Shown here piece after piece: positions 42,301-50,032 of a DNA stretch of 64,000 nucleotides; within the stretch, counting starts at the first letter, position 1, and each line of letters opens with the position of its first letter. Made by a program: the position numbers and the translations under genes. Source of the DNA: Alphaproteobacteria bacterium. Lineage in GTDB: Bacteria; Pseudomonadota; Alphaproteobacteria; UBA828. The notes beneath the pieces were generated by a model. It was not told where the DNA came from and did no database searches. It saw only the letters and a list, made by a program, of their open reading frames with translations. The DNA is taken from positions 3,392,001 to 3,456,000 of the forward strand of contig OZ243972.1 of NCBI GenBank assembly GCA_965214705.1, given 5' to 3'.

Positions 42301-45300
42301 TGGGCGAGCACCCGGGATACCCCGAGGTCGAGACTCATCTCCGGCACGGGCACGGCGAGAGTCGACGGGACCAAGGTGCTCGTCACGCTGGCAAAGCCGG
42401 TGCCGCAGGCTGCGTCGGTCAGGATCGACTACCACAAGGGCGGCGAGCCGAAGCCGCTGCGGGCCGCGGGGCGCGGGGCGGAGGTGGCGGACATCGACGG
42501 ATTCAGGGGCGCGGTGCTCGACGGGACGCGTCCGGAGCTGGTGGGCGCGGCGGCGACCGCGCAGGCGGTGACGCTGTACTACTCGGAGACGCTGGACCGG
42601 GGCTCGACGCCGGCGCCCGGGGACTTCGCGGTGACGGCGGGGGGCGGCGCGCGGACGGTGCGCGAGGTGTCGGTGCACGACGACGCGGTGACGCTTGCGC
42701 TGGCCTCGGCGGTGGCGGCGGGCGAGGCCGTGACGGTGACCTGGACGCCCGGCGTGGAGCCCATCCGGGATCCGGCCGGCAACGACGCGAGGGGCTTCTC
42801 GGACCATTCGGCGAACAACTGGGTGGGGGGTAACACGGAGCCGCTGATGCTCGTGACGGCGGAGGTGGACTGGAAGGTGGTGACGCTGACCTACAACCAT
42901 CCGCTGGACCCGGCGAGCGTGCCGGGGCCGGGGGCGTTCTCGTTCGACTTCGAGTGGCGGTCGGTCGAGGACGTCGCGGTGCGCGGCAAGACGGTGGTGC
43001 TGACCGTGAACGAACGGTGGCATCCCTGCGACGGGAACACCGTGATGGGCTACGCGAAGCCGGCGAAGAACGCGCTGCGCAACCTCTGGGGCACGGAGGT
43101 GGACGCCATTCCCGCGCGCGGACAGGCGGTGACGAACGTGCTGGCGGGCAATTGCCTGAACGACACGATGACCGCGACGCTGGGCAGCATCGTCCTGACG
43201 GCCAGCCGGCCGTTCGCGCAGGATGCGCCGCCGCGCAAGGAGTGGTTCACGGTCGCGGCGTCGGGCGGGCCGGTGACGGTGACGGGGGCGGCGTTCTCCC
43301 CGGACGACCCGCACCAGCTGGTGCTGAGCCTGAGCCGCGAGCCCGCGGAGGACGAGACGGTGACGGTGAGCTACCGGCGCCCCCGGGGCGAGGCCGGGCT
43401 GTGGAACGTCGACGGCAGGCAGCTCGCGGACGTCGTGGACGTGCCGGTAACCAGGAAGACGGCGGCGGCGCCGTCAGTCGAGGCGGTGGCGCTGGTCTCG
43501 GACCCGGGCGCGGACGCCACCTACGCGGCGGGCGAGACCGTCCGGGTGCGGGTCACCTTCGGCGGCGAGGTGACCGTGGACACCGAGGGCGGCACGCCGC
43601 GGCTCAGGCTCGACCTCGACCCGGCGGACGGTGGCGAGCGGTGGGCGGCGTACGAGAGCGGCAGCGGCGAGGCGGCGCTCGTCTTCGGCTACGCGGCCTC
43701 GGCCGGCGACGCCTCGGCCGGGGGCGTGGCGGTCGTCGGGAACACGCTGGAGCTGAACGGCGGCGCCATCGGGGCCGCGGCCACGGGGGCGCACGCGGCG
43801 CTGGCCCACGAGGGCCTGGACCCCGACCCGGCCCACAAGGTGGACGGGGTGCGCCCTGAGTTCGACCGTGCCTCGGTCAACGGGGCGGCGCTGACGGTGA
43901 CCTTCGACGAGGCGCTGGACGCGGGCTCGGCGCTGGCGGGGAGCGCCTTCACGGTGACGGCGGCGCCGGCCGGCGGCGAGGCGCGCGCCATCGCCGGGAC
44001 GGGCGCGGCGAGCGTCGAGGGCGCGGCGGTGACGGTGACGCTGGCCGGGCCGGTGCTCGTCGGCGAGGCGGTCACGGTGGCCTACACCCCGCCGAGCGGG
44101 GCGGAGGCCAGGCCGCTCAGGGACGCGGCGGGCAACGAGGCGGCGGCGTTCGCCGGCGAGACGGTCACGAACGGGACGGCGGCGCCGCCGTCGGTGGTGT
44201 CGGCCGGGGTGGTCTCCGAGCCGGGCGCGGACGGCGCGTACACCAGGGGCGAGACGGTCGAGGCGGCGGTGACGTTCGACCGGGCGGTCGCGGTCGATGC
44301 CGAGGGCGGCACGCCGGCGCTCGCGCTCGTCGCGGACGGGACCATCCGGCGCGCGGGCTTCGTTTCGGGCTCGGGCACCGAGCGGCTGGTGTTCGCGTAC
44401 CGGGCGGTCGAGACGGACGGTACGTTGCGCGCAGTGCGGGTGGCGGCCTCGGGGCTCAAGCTCAACGGGGGATCCATCGCGGACGCGGCGGACGGGACGC
44501 CGGCGCAGCTCGGGTTCGGCGAGGCGCCGGGCGTGACGGCGGTGTCGATCGCCGATGAGCCGGACGGGCGCTGGGAGGCGGGCGACACGGTCGAGGCGGA
44601 GGTGCGCTTCGCCGAGCCGGTCGCGGTCGAGGGCGCGCCCTGGGTCACGTTCGTAATGGGGAGCACGGTCATGCGGGGCGCCTACGCCGGCGGCTCGGGG
44701 TCGGACGCGCTGACCTTCCGCTACACGCTCGGCGATGACGACGGGACGTGGACCCGCGCGGTGCTGGTCAGCAACACGCTGGACGCCGGCGACGGGTCGA
44801 TCCGGAGCGCGGGCGGCGGGCTCGCGGCGGCGCTCGGGCACGTGCAGGGGCAGCGCACGCTCGAGCCGCCGCCGGCTCCGCCGCCGTCGGTGAGCGGCGT
44901 GGCGGTCGTCTCGGACGCGGGCGGCGACGCCACCTACGCGCTGGGCGACGTGATTCGCATCAGGCTGACGTTCAGCGAGGCGGTGAGCGTGGATACGGCG
45001 GGCGGTGCGCCGCGGCTGAAGATCAAGATGGATCCGACCTGGGGTGAGTTCTGGGCGGCCTACGAGAGCGGCGGCGGCTCGGCGGCGCTGACCTTCGTCC
45101 ACAAGGTGGCGGAGCCGAACACCTCCCCGCGCGGCATCGCGGTGCTCGCCGATACGCTGGCGGCGAACGGAGCCACGATCCGCTCGGCGGCGACGGGCGC
45201 CGACGCGGCGCTTGAGCACGCCGGGCTCGGCCACGACCCGGCCCACAAGGTCGACTGGCGGCTGTCGCCGCCGGTGGCGGCGCCGCCGCTCACGGCGTCG

Positions 45301-47607
45301 TTCGTCGGCATGCCGGACGAGCACGACGGAAAGAGCCTGTTCACCTTCGAGCTGCGCTTCAGCGAGGACTTCCCCGGGCGGCTTCGCTACACGCTGCTGC
45401 GCGACGAGGCGTTCGAGGTGACCAACGGGCGGGTGCGCAAGGCGAAGCGCGTGGCGCAGGGGCAGAACCGGCGCTGGACCATCTCGGTGCGCCCGGACTC
45501 GCACGAGGACGTGACGGTGATGCTGCCGGCGGCGACGGACTGCGCGGCGCCGGGCGCGGTGTGCACGCAAGCCGGGCGCAAGCTCTCGAACACGGTGAGC
45601 GCGACGGTGCGGGGGCCCGCGCTCCTCTCGGTGGCGGACGCCCGCGCCCGCGAGGGCATCGACCCGGCGGTGGTGTTCCCGGTCACCCTGAGCCGCGCCG
45701 CCTCCGGCGTGGTGACGGTGGAGTACCTGACCCGCGACGGCACGGCGAAGGCGGGCGAGGACTACGAGAGGACGCGCGGCACGCTCACCTTCGAGGTGGG
45801 CGAGACCGGGAAGACGGTGTCGGTGCCGATCCTCGACGACGGGCACGACGAGGGCGAGGAGACGTTCACGCTCAAGCTCCGCAACGCGCAAGGAGCCTGG
45901 ATCGTCGACGGCGAGGCGACGGGCACCATCGAGAACTCGGATCCCATCCCGAAGGCGTGGCTGGCGCGCTTCGGGCGCACGGTGACGGGCCATGTGCTGG
46001 ACGCCGTGGAGGCGCGGCTCACGGCGCCGCGCGCGGCGGGCGCGGAGGCGGCGCTTGCCGGGCAGGCGCTGCCGTCCTGGACCCCCGGATCGGGGTCCGG
46101 GGTAGGACCGGGCGCGGCGAATGACAACGGGTCCGCGGCGGGCGCGGCGCCGGACTGGGCGACCCAGGCCGACTCGGGCGAGCGCGACGTCGCGGACGCG
46201 ATGCGGCGCTGGATGGCCTTTGCCGGCGCGGACGACCGGAACGCCGGCTCCCTGTCCGGGGTGGGCGGTGGGCCGGGCTTCGGCGCGGGAGCGTCCGGCG
46301 ACGGAAGCGGGCCGGACTTCGAATCCCGCGCGGTGACGCAGCGCGACCTCCTCACCGGCACGTCCTTCGCGCTGACGGCGCAGTCCGGCGGGCCCGGCGG
46401 CAGCTTCGCGTCGCTCTGGGGCCGGGGCGCGATCTCCAGCTTTGACGGGCGCGAGGGCAACCTTACGCTGGACGGCGAGGTGACGACGGGGCTGATCGGC
46501 GCCGACTGGTCGTCGGCGCGCGACGGCGCGGGAAGCTGGACGGCGGGCCTGGCGATCGGCCACTCGACCGGTACGGGCGGCTACCGCAGGGGCAACTGCA
46601 CCGAGGGCAACTGCGGCGGCGACATCGAGGCGGTGCTGACCGGCCTCTACCCCTATGCCGGGGTGGACCTCACAGACCGGCTCTCGGTCTGGGCGTCGGC
46701 GGGCCACGGCGCGGGCGATGTGACGGTGCGGCCCGACGGGGTGGCGCCGTTCACGGCCGACCTTTCGATGAGCATGGGCGCGGCCGGTCTGCGCAGCGAG
46801 GTGCTGAAGCCGGAGAACGCCAACGGGCTCAGCCTCGCGCTCAAGGGGGACGGGCGCTTCACGCGGACCTCCTCGGACGCGGCGACGAACGCCGACGGCG
46901 GCAAGCTGGCGGCGGCGGAGGCCGACGTCTGGCTGCTGCGCACCGGGATCGAGGGCTCGCGGCGCTTCGCGCTTGGGGACGGCGGGGACGGCGCGAGCGT
47001 CACGCCGTCCTTCGAGGTGGGCGTGCGGCTCGACGGCGGCGACGCCGAGACCGGGTTCGGCGCGGACCTGGGCGGCGGGGTCGCCATCGCCGATCCGGCG
47101 AACGGACTCAGCCTCGACCTCAAGGCGCGGGCGCTGGTGGCGCACGAGGCATCGGGCTTCCGGGAGTGGGGCGCGAGCGCGTCCTTCGCCTGGGATCCGC
47201 GGCCCGAAACCGACCGGGGCCTGTCGCTGTCGCTCACCCGGACCCTGGGCGCGGCGCCGTCGGGCGGCATGGACGCGCTGCTGTCGCGCGAGACCCTGGC
47301 GGATCTGGCGGCCAACGACGACGGCCAGGGCGGCGGGTTCGAGGCGTCGGGCCGCCTGGAGGGCGAGATCGGCTACGGGCTGCCCGTGTTCGGCGGCGGC
47401 TTCACCGGCACGCCGAACCTGGGCTTCGGGCTGTCGGACAACGGCGCCCGCGAATACCGGCTCGGCTGGCGGCTGACCTCGGCGGTGCCGGGCGATCCGG
47501 GCTTCGAGGTGAGCCTCGACGCGACACGGAGCGAGCCGGCGAACGGCAACGGTGCGGGCGCGCCGGCCGAGCACGGGGTGACGCTGCGCGCCGCGATCCG
47601 GTGGTGA
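33337..47607 (+). CDS. Giant (4756 aa) surface adhesin: SwmB-like Ig repeats, PKD-like and FN3-like repeats, Calx-beta, C-terminal autotransporter-like beta-barrel
   Basis: Signal peptide ...LAAALVLLLGAGAAQA|Q; many LTLTFDEALD...LRDxAGN units; DAGEDRTV...YAWTQTGG units; Calx-beta (TRDGTAKAGEDY...ILDDGHDEGEETFTL); barrel ending GVTLRAAIRW. True start may lie downstream (e.g. GTG 33466). Confidence 0.88.
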   Translation: MGRAGSSLRERHGRLSFGARRAAPPPPSSSPPPSRFRPARLARVRRAGVCALGTLAAALVLLLGAGAAQAQTSKKLVSNTGQGASTFGQSGDSSYSQAFTTGDHGGGYTLTSVNVQMNQNGSTAPTYTVSILSSSGSILGTLTNPASLPGTKQNVQFTAPKGGIGLAAEMTYRVRIDISANVNALSVQRTFSNNEDAGSEEGWSIANGGEPVLATPTSLMIAVHGYAAEGVYFRSASVSGATLKLAFTEPLDGASVPAKGNFSVSLDGVAQAPLGVSVAGNTATLTLARAAAHGQTVRVTYTKPGSNPLRNAVGHEVAGFTAQEVDNVTGAIASVAFTNTPVAGRPIGIGGVIEVTVTFHEAARVTGAPRIALSPPFGSRGERRYASYDGGSGTTALVFRYTVAEGDNSIGGRISVAEDALELNEGSIRLGTANAVLDHDAVQSANDVIGYRGRISQVYVHESPGVDADLDGTAETFTAVDGNREIGVWVSFLGLGELQVDTKGANGNVQVVVDIGGQGFDLDYQATFSNAIRFGTHTVAATHVDTDGVSVKRDGSGNVIRLSNGATIRAGESSGGNAPRLTAGADPGVGVLDYDPTPLILVRGANAAPTGADFTRNGNSELAFAKADFGYADADGDPQKALRIETLPVAAKGALKLDGAVIASADLPKTVTPAELDSGGLAFEPAAGFISGDTSFTFRVVDSFDAASAAANTVTLSVTAEDQTPPSLVGAAVYGATLTLTWGEALDEASEPAASAFTVTVDGSEVSLAATGAVAVNGRAVNLTLAQAVTAGESVTVSYTKPDSAPIQDLAGNAAARLPERSVTNGTATTHAVTASAGEDREVLTGAAVTLSGSGSSTRAYPAYSYAWTQTAGVTVALDDAASAAPSFTAPAVRTDLVFELVVNDGTADSAADEVTVAVRPGPNPSSAPCVHPKPADASFASGTQPYDSVAVADSSVSFSGAGSGQFSFWFCSPDGVRAELAQNVGATHVVTQTGLQRSTTYWAAVKRTCATCPAGGSWFAWRAFTTTNVVPRPTRAAVSETSLTIAFDKTLSTAIAHRPATSAFTVTVNNAARGVTVVNISGVGVFTGVRLGLASAVSYGDTVTVAYNGTKLRGANGSTVATFSDVKVQTPPSVTAATVDGTALTLTFNGTLDTGSKPAAGAFTVSAAGNARTVSGVALDGMTATLTLDTAVTHGQTVTATYTRPAANPLQDTAGNEVSSFIGQSVTNSTPMGGAVRRVAFVSSPVSGDTYLIGETIAAEVTWSIPVTVAGEGADGENVALRLDLGADDGDRSNSRRAMRYVSSTGSDTLRFEYAVKPGDMDADGVWVQTASGSDDTVVFLANGATLRNGTTDVVRTRAGLPTTGDAGRKVDGTSTATANAGVDLTVETGSSVTLDGKASTSTRSNPTYTYAWTQTGGVTVTLSGADTATPSFTAPTVRRDLEFSLVVNDGAHYSVPDTVTVLVRPPPNPTSAPCVHPKPEGEQFHAHVAGVTISGRTDSSISFQGHHATRRFDLWFCWTNGEAQKRATSVEGSHIETVPGLRSGTRYWVAARQHSSGGFAVQWSRWVAETTTGAPSVQVVRFTSSPASGDTYLNGETIAAEVTWSKPVTVANGGSNANVTLRLDLGADDGDRSNSRRAMRYVAGTGTDTLRFEYAVKPGDTDADGVWVQTASGGDDTVVFLANGATLRNGATDVGRTRAGLPTTGDAGRKVEAETSTATADAGEDRTVETGSSVTLDGKASTSTRLNPTYTYAWTQTGGVTVTLSGADTATPTFTAPTVRRDLEFSLVVNDGAHYSVPDTVTVLVRPPPNPTSAPCVHPKPEGEQFHAHVAGVTISGRTDSSISFQGHHATRRFDLWFCWTNGEAQKRATSVEGSHIETVPGLRSGTRYWVAARQHSSGGFAVQWSRWVAETTTGAPSVQVVRFTSSPASGDTYLNGETIAAEVTWSKPVTVANGGSNANVTLRLDLGADDGDRSNSRRAMRYVAGTGTDTLRFEYAVKPGDTDADGVWVQTASGGDDTVVFLANGATLRNGATDVGRTRAGLPTTGGAGRKVDGTSTATADAGDDLTAETGAMVTLDGTGSTSTRLNPTYTYAWTQTGGPDVTLSGADTATPTFTAPTVRTELEFSLVVNDGMHNSAPDTVAVAVRTPINATSVPCVQPTVAGGQLTAVALFEVTATTDSSITYRSGRPESQSDIDTLWFCWTNGEVQKRAENVDGTHSETVSDLDSGTTYWVTATRDEVNNKWWNAWRAVTTAGGASVRRAAFTTSPASGDTYLPGETVAAEVVFSMPVTVAGAGADGRNVVLRLDLGPDDADRSNSRREMRYVGGTGTDTLRFEYAVKAGDGDPDGVWLQTGSETDLTVVFFNSGGASIRSGAENVSRTRRWLPTTGDGGRKVDGAPPSFESAAAKGTTLTVTFDEALDDGSVPAAAAFTVMRTPRGGSATRSRLTGTPAIAGAKVTLNLARAAAPGDALTVGYTAPDGDMLRDMAGNEAGDFAGKRAMNLTGDPGDATAPTLLQGTVRRDKVKLTFDEPLDEGVKPAASQLGLTPSLGAVSEVAVSGRQITFTTATAATASQSVSLAIADTSGIQDLNGNRLAPVDGFALVNTLGTAPGKPGLAQTDTTMDGAPAVDGAALTLTFDQVLHAGQVPPADEFAVTVASAARGVVDVEVAGSTVVLTLASPAASGETVTVRYKGSKAPRIQNPWGQVVDAFSGQGVANGTSNRAPAFSSPAGTVNAVPGRQVSLPAAASDADGDAVTFSLSASPPDSHVPGTFIYQYTIERVFFTAKDDCDLENLDPRPANPLDTVVTVTASDPHGASSELELTYRTNWVCDKPGVTAVAVNGKAIALTFDEPLAPLGAAGLRALRQAFLVQGAHYRGAPVRDQSPSTIAMSGATVTLTLGSGVLPNRETTVEYVAAAARGAGLRDADGNAVPDFVRGVTSMTVGTVAPLLEQAQVKGPKLQALELTFDAALDASSAPAGSRFQVWASTRDTPRSRLISGTGTARVDGTKVLVTLAKPVPQAASVRIDYHKGGEPKPLRAAGRGAEVADIDGFRGAVLDGTRPELVGAAATAQAVTLYYSETLDRGSTPAPGDFAVTAGGGARTVREVSVHDDAVTLALASAVAAGEAVTVTWTPGVEPIRDPAGNDARGFSDHSANNWVGGNTEPLMLVTAEVDWKVVTLTYNHPLDPASVPGPGAFSFDFEWRSVEDVAVRGKTVVLTVNERWHPCDGNTVMGYAKPAKNALRNLWGTEVDAIPARGQAVTNVLAGNCLNDTMTATLGSIVLTASRPFAQDAPPRKEWFTVAASGGPVTVTGAAFSPDDPHQLVLSLSREPAEDETVTVSYRRPRGEAGLWNVDGRQLADVVDVPVTRKTAAAPSVEAVALVSDPGADATYAAGETVRVRVTFGGEVTVDTEGGTPRLRLDLDPADGGERWAAYESGSGEAALVFGYAASAGDASAGGVAVVGNTLELNGGAIGAAATGAHAALAHEGLDPDPAHKVDGVRPEFDRASVNGAALTVTFDEALDAGSALAGSAFTVTAAPAGGEARAIAGTGAASVEGAAVTVTLAGPVLVGEAVTVAYTPPSGAEARPLRDAAGNEAAAFAGETVTNGTAAPPSVVSAGVVSEPGADGAYTRGETVEAAVTFDRAVAVDAEGGTPALALVADGTIRRAGFVSGSGTERLVFAYRAVETDGTLRAVRVAASGLKLNGGSIADAADGTPAQLGFGEAPGVTAVSIADEPDGRWEAGDTVEAEVRFAEPVAVEGAPWVTFVMGSTVMRGAYAGGSGSDALTFRYTLGDDDGTWTRAVLVSNTLDAGDGSIRSAGGGLAAALGHVQGQRTLEPPPAPPPSVSGVAVVSDAGGDATYALGDVIRIRLTFSEAVSVDTAGGAPRLKIKMDPTWGEFWAAYESGGGSAALTFVHKVAEPNTSPRGIAVLADTLAANGATIRSAATGADAALEHAGLGHDPAHKVDWRLSPPVAAPPLTASFVGMPDEHDGKSLFTFELRFSEDFPGRLRYTLLRDEAFEVTNGRVRKAKRVAQGQNRRWTISVRPDSHEDVTVMLPAATDCAAPGAVCTQAGRKLSNTVSATVRGPALLSVADARAREGIDPAVVFPVTLSRAASGVVTVEYLTRDGTAKAGEDYERTRGTLTFEVGETGKTVSVPILDDGHDEGEETFTLKLRNAQGAWIVDGEATGTIENSDPIPKAWLARFGRTVTGHVLDAVEARLTAPRAAGAEAALAGQALPSWTPGSGSGVGPGAANDNGSAAGAAPDWATQADSGERDVADAMRRWMAFAGADDRNAGSLSGVGGGPGFGAGASGDGSGPDFESRAVTQRDLLTGTSFALTAQSGGPGGSFASLWGRGAISSFDGREGNLTLDGEVTTGLIGADWSSARDGAGSWTAGLAIGHSTGTGGYRRGNCTEGNCGGDIEAVLTGLYPYAGVDLTDRLSVWASAGHGAGDVTVRPDGVAPFTADLSMSMGAAGLRSEVLKPENANGLSLALKGDGRFTRTSSDAATNADGGKLAAAEADVWLLRTGIEGSRRFALGDGGDGASVTPSFEVGVRLDGGDAETGFGADLGGGVAIADPANGLSLDLKARALVAHEASGFREWGASASFAWDPRPETDRGLSLSLTRTLGAAPSGGMDALLSRETLADLAANDDGQGGGFEASGRLEGEIGYGLPVFGGGFTGTPNLGFGLSDNGAREYRLGWRLTSAVPGDPGFEVSLDATRSEPANGNGAGAPAEHGVTLRAAIRW
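37069..40535 (+). repeat. Intragenic tandem repeat of ~1026 bp (342 aa): 3 full units plus a partial
   Basis: Anchor TCGCCGG.CTC.GG.GACAC recurs at 37069, 38095, 39121 and 40144; ~37735-38444 appears identical to ~38761-39470 by eye, and identical shadow ORFs are offset by 1026. Confidence 0.93.
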
Positions 47608-47757
47608 GCGGTGGGCCGGACGCATGGCGGGAATCCATCGGAGCGCCCGCGAGGCAGGGTCCGGCCCGTTGGTGGGCGATCCCGAAGCGAGGCAGGGTAG
47701 GCGGGCGGGGCGCGGCGCTGGTGTCCGCGGCGACAGCGGGCGGCCGGGGGTCCGGCC

Positions 47758-48309
47758 GTGACGGACGGCGAGACGCCTCCCTGGAAGCCTACGCCCCTGT
47801 GGAAGCTGATGGTCGGTCTCCGGCCCTACCGGGCGGCCTACGAGGAACAGGCGGAGCCGCCGGCGTTCGAGGAGGCCGTCTTCCCGGTACGCGTGCAGTC
47901 GGAGGCCGACCTTGCGGCGCGCGAGTCCTGGCGGATCGAGGCTTGGGAGAACCCCTTTGCGCGGGACGGTCCGGCTTCGCCGTTCCTGGCCGGCGAGCCG
48001 ATGCTGGAGGCCGAGGGTTCGGCGGAGGCGACGCCGCTCATGCCGTTTCTCGCGGCCGCGGGCGCGCGCATTGACGGGCTCCGGCTTCTGGACGGAACGC
48101 TGATCGTCAAGATCGAGCAGGACGGGCGCGCGGTCCAGGTCCGGGTGGCGAACGACGGCCCGCTGCTGTCCGGCGGCGGTTTCCGGGTCTGGTGCGATCC
48201 CGGGGCGGATCTGCCGATGACCATGGCCCGGCTGGCCGCGCTGTTGAGCGTCATGGGCGGTCCGGCCCCTCGGCCAGGGTGGGGGCGGTGGGCGAGAAAC
48301 GGGAACTGA
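47758..48309 (+). CDS. N-terminal part of an FseA-like transcriptional activator (DUF6499-like)
   Basis: LWKLMVGLRPYRAAY resembles the 'AWxFLRRNPxYRxxW' motif and SWRIEAWENP resembles 'WGLxxxEDP'; immediately followed by a DUF2285-like frame. Confidence 0.55.
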   Translation: MTDGETPPWKPTPLWKLMVGLRPYRAAYEEQAEPPAFEEAVFPVRVQSEADLAARESWRIEAWENPFARDGPASPFLAGEPMLEAEGSAEATPLMPFLAAAGARIDGLRLLDGTLIVKIEQDGRAVQVRVANDGPLLSGGGFRVWCDPGADLPMTMARLAALLSVMGGPAPRPGWGRWARNGN

Positions 48310-48311
48310 CG

Positions 48312-48509
48312 ATGGCGCTGGCGCTGAACCGGGCGAAGGTGGCGTCGCAGCGCGAGCTGGCGATCGGCTGGTGGGGCCTGGACGAGGTCGAGAAGCACTG
48401 GGCCACGAGCGACTGGATGCGCACCCGGGTGCGCTACCGGCTGGAGGCGGCGGCCGGGATCGAACGCAGCCGCCGGGAGGGCGGCTCCTCGGAGAGGGAC
48501 GGCGGCTGA
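48312..48509 (+). CDS. DUF2285-like (RovC/FseA C-terminal) DNA-binding domain, in the -1 frame relative to the upstream ORF
   Basis: ELTMALAL...ASQRELAIGWWGLDEVEKHWATSDWMRTRVRYRL resembles DUF2285 'ALD...ASxREIAxxLFGxxxVxxxW...R.RVRRL'; this frame is open from 48192. Confidence 0.6.
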   Translation: MALALNRAKVASQRELAIGWWGLDEVEKHWATSDWMRTRVRYRLEAAAGIERSRREGGSSERDGG

Positions 48510-48617
48510 CGGCGGCGATCCTTTCCGGGCGGGCACGCGGCGAGGACGGGCCGCCTCGTCGTCCGGGGAGTGCCGGCCGCCTCGACCGTGCCCGGCAGCC
48601 GGCGCCGGGAGCGGCGG

Positions 48618-49241
48618 CTACCGGACAATTCCCTGTTTCCGCGCCGTCTCCATCGCAAGGCTCTCCGAAGCATCGAGGAATGCGAACAGCGCGCTGAGGT
48701 CGTCGATGTAGTGCTGCCATTCACGCCCGGCGGCATGTTCCCAGGCGTACCGCTTTCTCCACAGTTCCACGTCGTCGTCCATATAGGCGAAGACGTCCGC
48801 GAGGCTTTGCAGCGGCCGGTTCACGGGGCCTTCCGGCACGGCGGGATCGTCGGTGCTCAGGAACGCGACCAGGGTGAAGGGATATTCGGCCGCGGCCTGC
48901 CCGTAGAGCCGCTCCAGCCCGGCTCCCGTGGAAACCCCGTGCGCGCCGAACAGTTCGTGGAGCCGGGCGAGGCGATGCCCGTCGCGGCCTGCCGGGGGTG
49001 TGACGCCGTTCAGGCGCAGGAGGCACTTCAGCCGGAGCTCCAGGGCGATCGCGAGATTGAAATGGCTGGCCGTCTTGAGGGACTCCCACACGGTGTGCGA
49101 CGGCCAGCCCGATGCGCCGTCCACCGGGGAGAGGTCTCCGCCCCTCGCCCCGAGCCTGGCGATTTCCCGCTCGGTCAGCGACGCGGACTGCCGGAAGGCC
49201 CGGGCGTCGCCGATCAGCCTGAGGAACTGCACGCCGTTCAT
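48618..49241 (-). CDS. Hypothetical protein, HEPN-like fold
   Basis: FNLAIALELRLKCLL...GHRLARLH...WRKRY pattern typical of HEPN-family helices; downstream of and co-oriented with the TA pair. Confidence 0.5.
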   Translation of the reverse strand: MNGVQFLRLIGDARAFRQSASLTEREIARLGARGGDLSPVDGASGWPSHTVWESLKTASHFNLAIALELRLKCLLRLNGVTPPAGRDGHRLARLHELFGAHGVSTGAGLERLYGQAAAEYPFTLVAFLSTDDPAVPEGPVNRPLQSLADVFAYMDDDVELWRKRYAWEHAAGREWQHYIDDLSALFAFLDASESLAMETARKQGIVR

Positions 49242-49271
49242 CGATCCGCCTCGGCCGGTTTCGGGTGAGCG

Positions 49272-49721
49272 CTAGCGATACGCGGACGCGCGCCTGGCCG
49301 GGCGCGCCGCGGCATTCCCGCTCAGCACGTAGAGATCGGGGAGCGGCAGCGCGAAGCCGCCGCTCCAGCCGGCTCCGTCATTGCCGGCCGGCGTGTCCGG
49401 ATCCCGGTCGGCCCCCAGGGGGCGAAGCCGGAGGCCGAGGGCGTTCATGACGCCGACCACGGTCGCGAAGCCGGGATTGCCGTCGCCGGAAAGCGCCTTG
49501 TAGAGACTCTCCCGGCCCAGTCCCGTCTTTGCCGCGACGGCGGTCATCCCTCTGGATCGAGCGACGTCTCCGAGCGCCGCCGCGATGAGGCGCGGATCGC
49601 CGTCCTCGAACGCCGCTTCCAGGTAAGCCACGACGTCGTCGAGGTCCTCGAGATGGTCCGCCGCATCCCAGGGGCGGGTCTTCGCCCGTGCCGCATCCGC
49701 GCGGGTTCGCGACTCCTTCAT
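49272..49721 (-). CDS. Addiction module antidote (HI1420-like HTH antitoxin)
   Basis: PWDAADHLED...YLEAAFEDGDP...ALGDVARSRGMTAVAAKTGLGRESLYKALSGDGNP; start overlaps the toxin stop. Confidence 0.9.
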   Translation of the reverse strand: MKESRTRADAARAKTRPWDAADHLEDLDDVVAYLEAAFEDGDPRLIAAALGDVARSRGMTAVAAKTGLGRESLYKALSGDGNPGFATVVGVMNALGLRLRPLGADRDPDTPAGNDGAGWSGGFALPLPDLYVLSGNAAARPARRASAYR

Positions 49722-50026
49722 CGGTCTTCCCCTTTCACCAGTTCCCGGGCGAGGCCGCGCGCCCGTTCTATGTCGTGGCGCTGGGTCGCCTTGTCGCCGC
49801 CGGCCAGCAGCACGGCCGTTGCGCTGTCGACACGACAGAAATACACGCGGTAGCCCGGCCCGTAGTCGATCCGAAGCTCCGAGACGCCGCCGCCGACCGG
49901 CCGCACATCGCCCGGGTTGCCCAGCGACAACCGGTGGATGCGGATGAGGATCCGCGATCGCGCCTGCCTGTCGCGAAGTTTCCGGAACCAGGTGTCGTAC
50001 GCATCGGTCTGGCGAACTTCGACCAC
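49718..50026 (-). CDS. Addiction module killer (HI1419-like RelE/ParE toxin)
   Basis: WFRKLRDRQARSRILIRIHRLSLGNPGDVRPVGGGVSELRIDYGPGYRVYF...LLAGGDKATQ; GTG start at 50026. Confidence 0.92.
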   Translation of the reverse strand: MVEVRQTDAYDTWFRKLRDRQARSRILIRIHRLSLGNPGDVRPVGGGVSELRIDYGPGYRVYFCRVDSATAVLLAGGDKATQRHDIERARGLARELVKGEDR

Positions 50027-50032
50027 CGGGCG

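Noticed and set aside
48276-48296. GGG TGG GGG as the canonical FseA +1 frameshift motif
   Set aside because: Lacks the downstream NTN and TTT slippery codon, and the frame change needed here is -1.
31621-48720. Very long antisense ORFs (931, 948, 1281, 1748 aa) opposite the adhesin
   Set aside because: Low-complexity R/H/G-rich translations; expected antisense shadows of GC3-rich genes.
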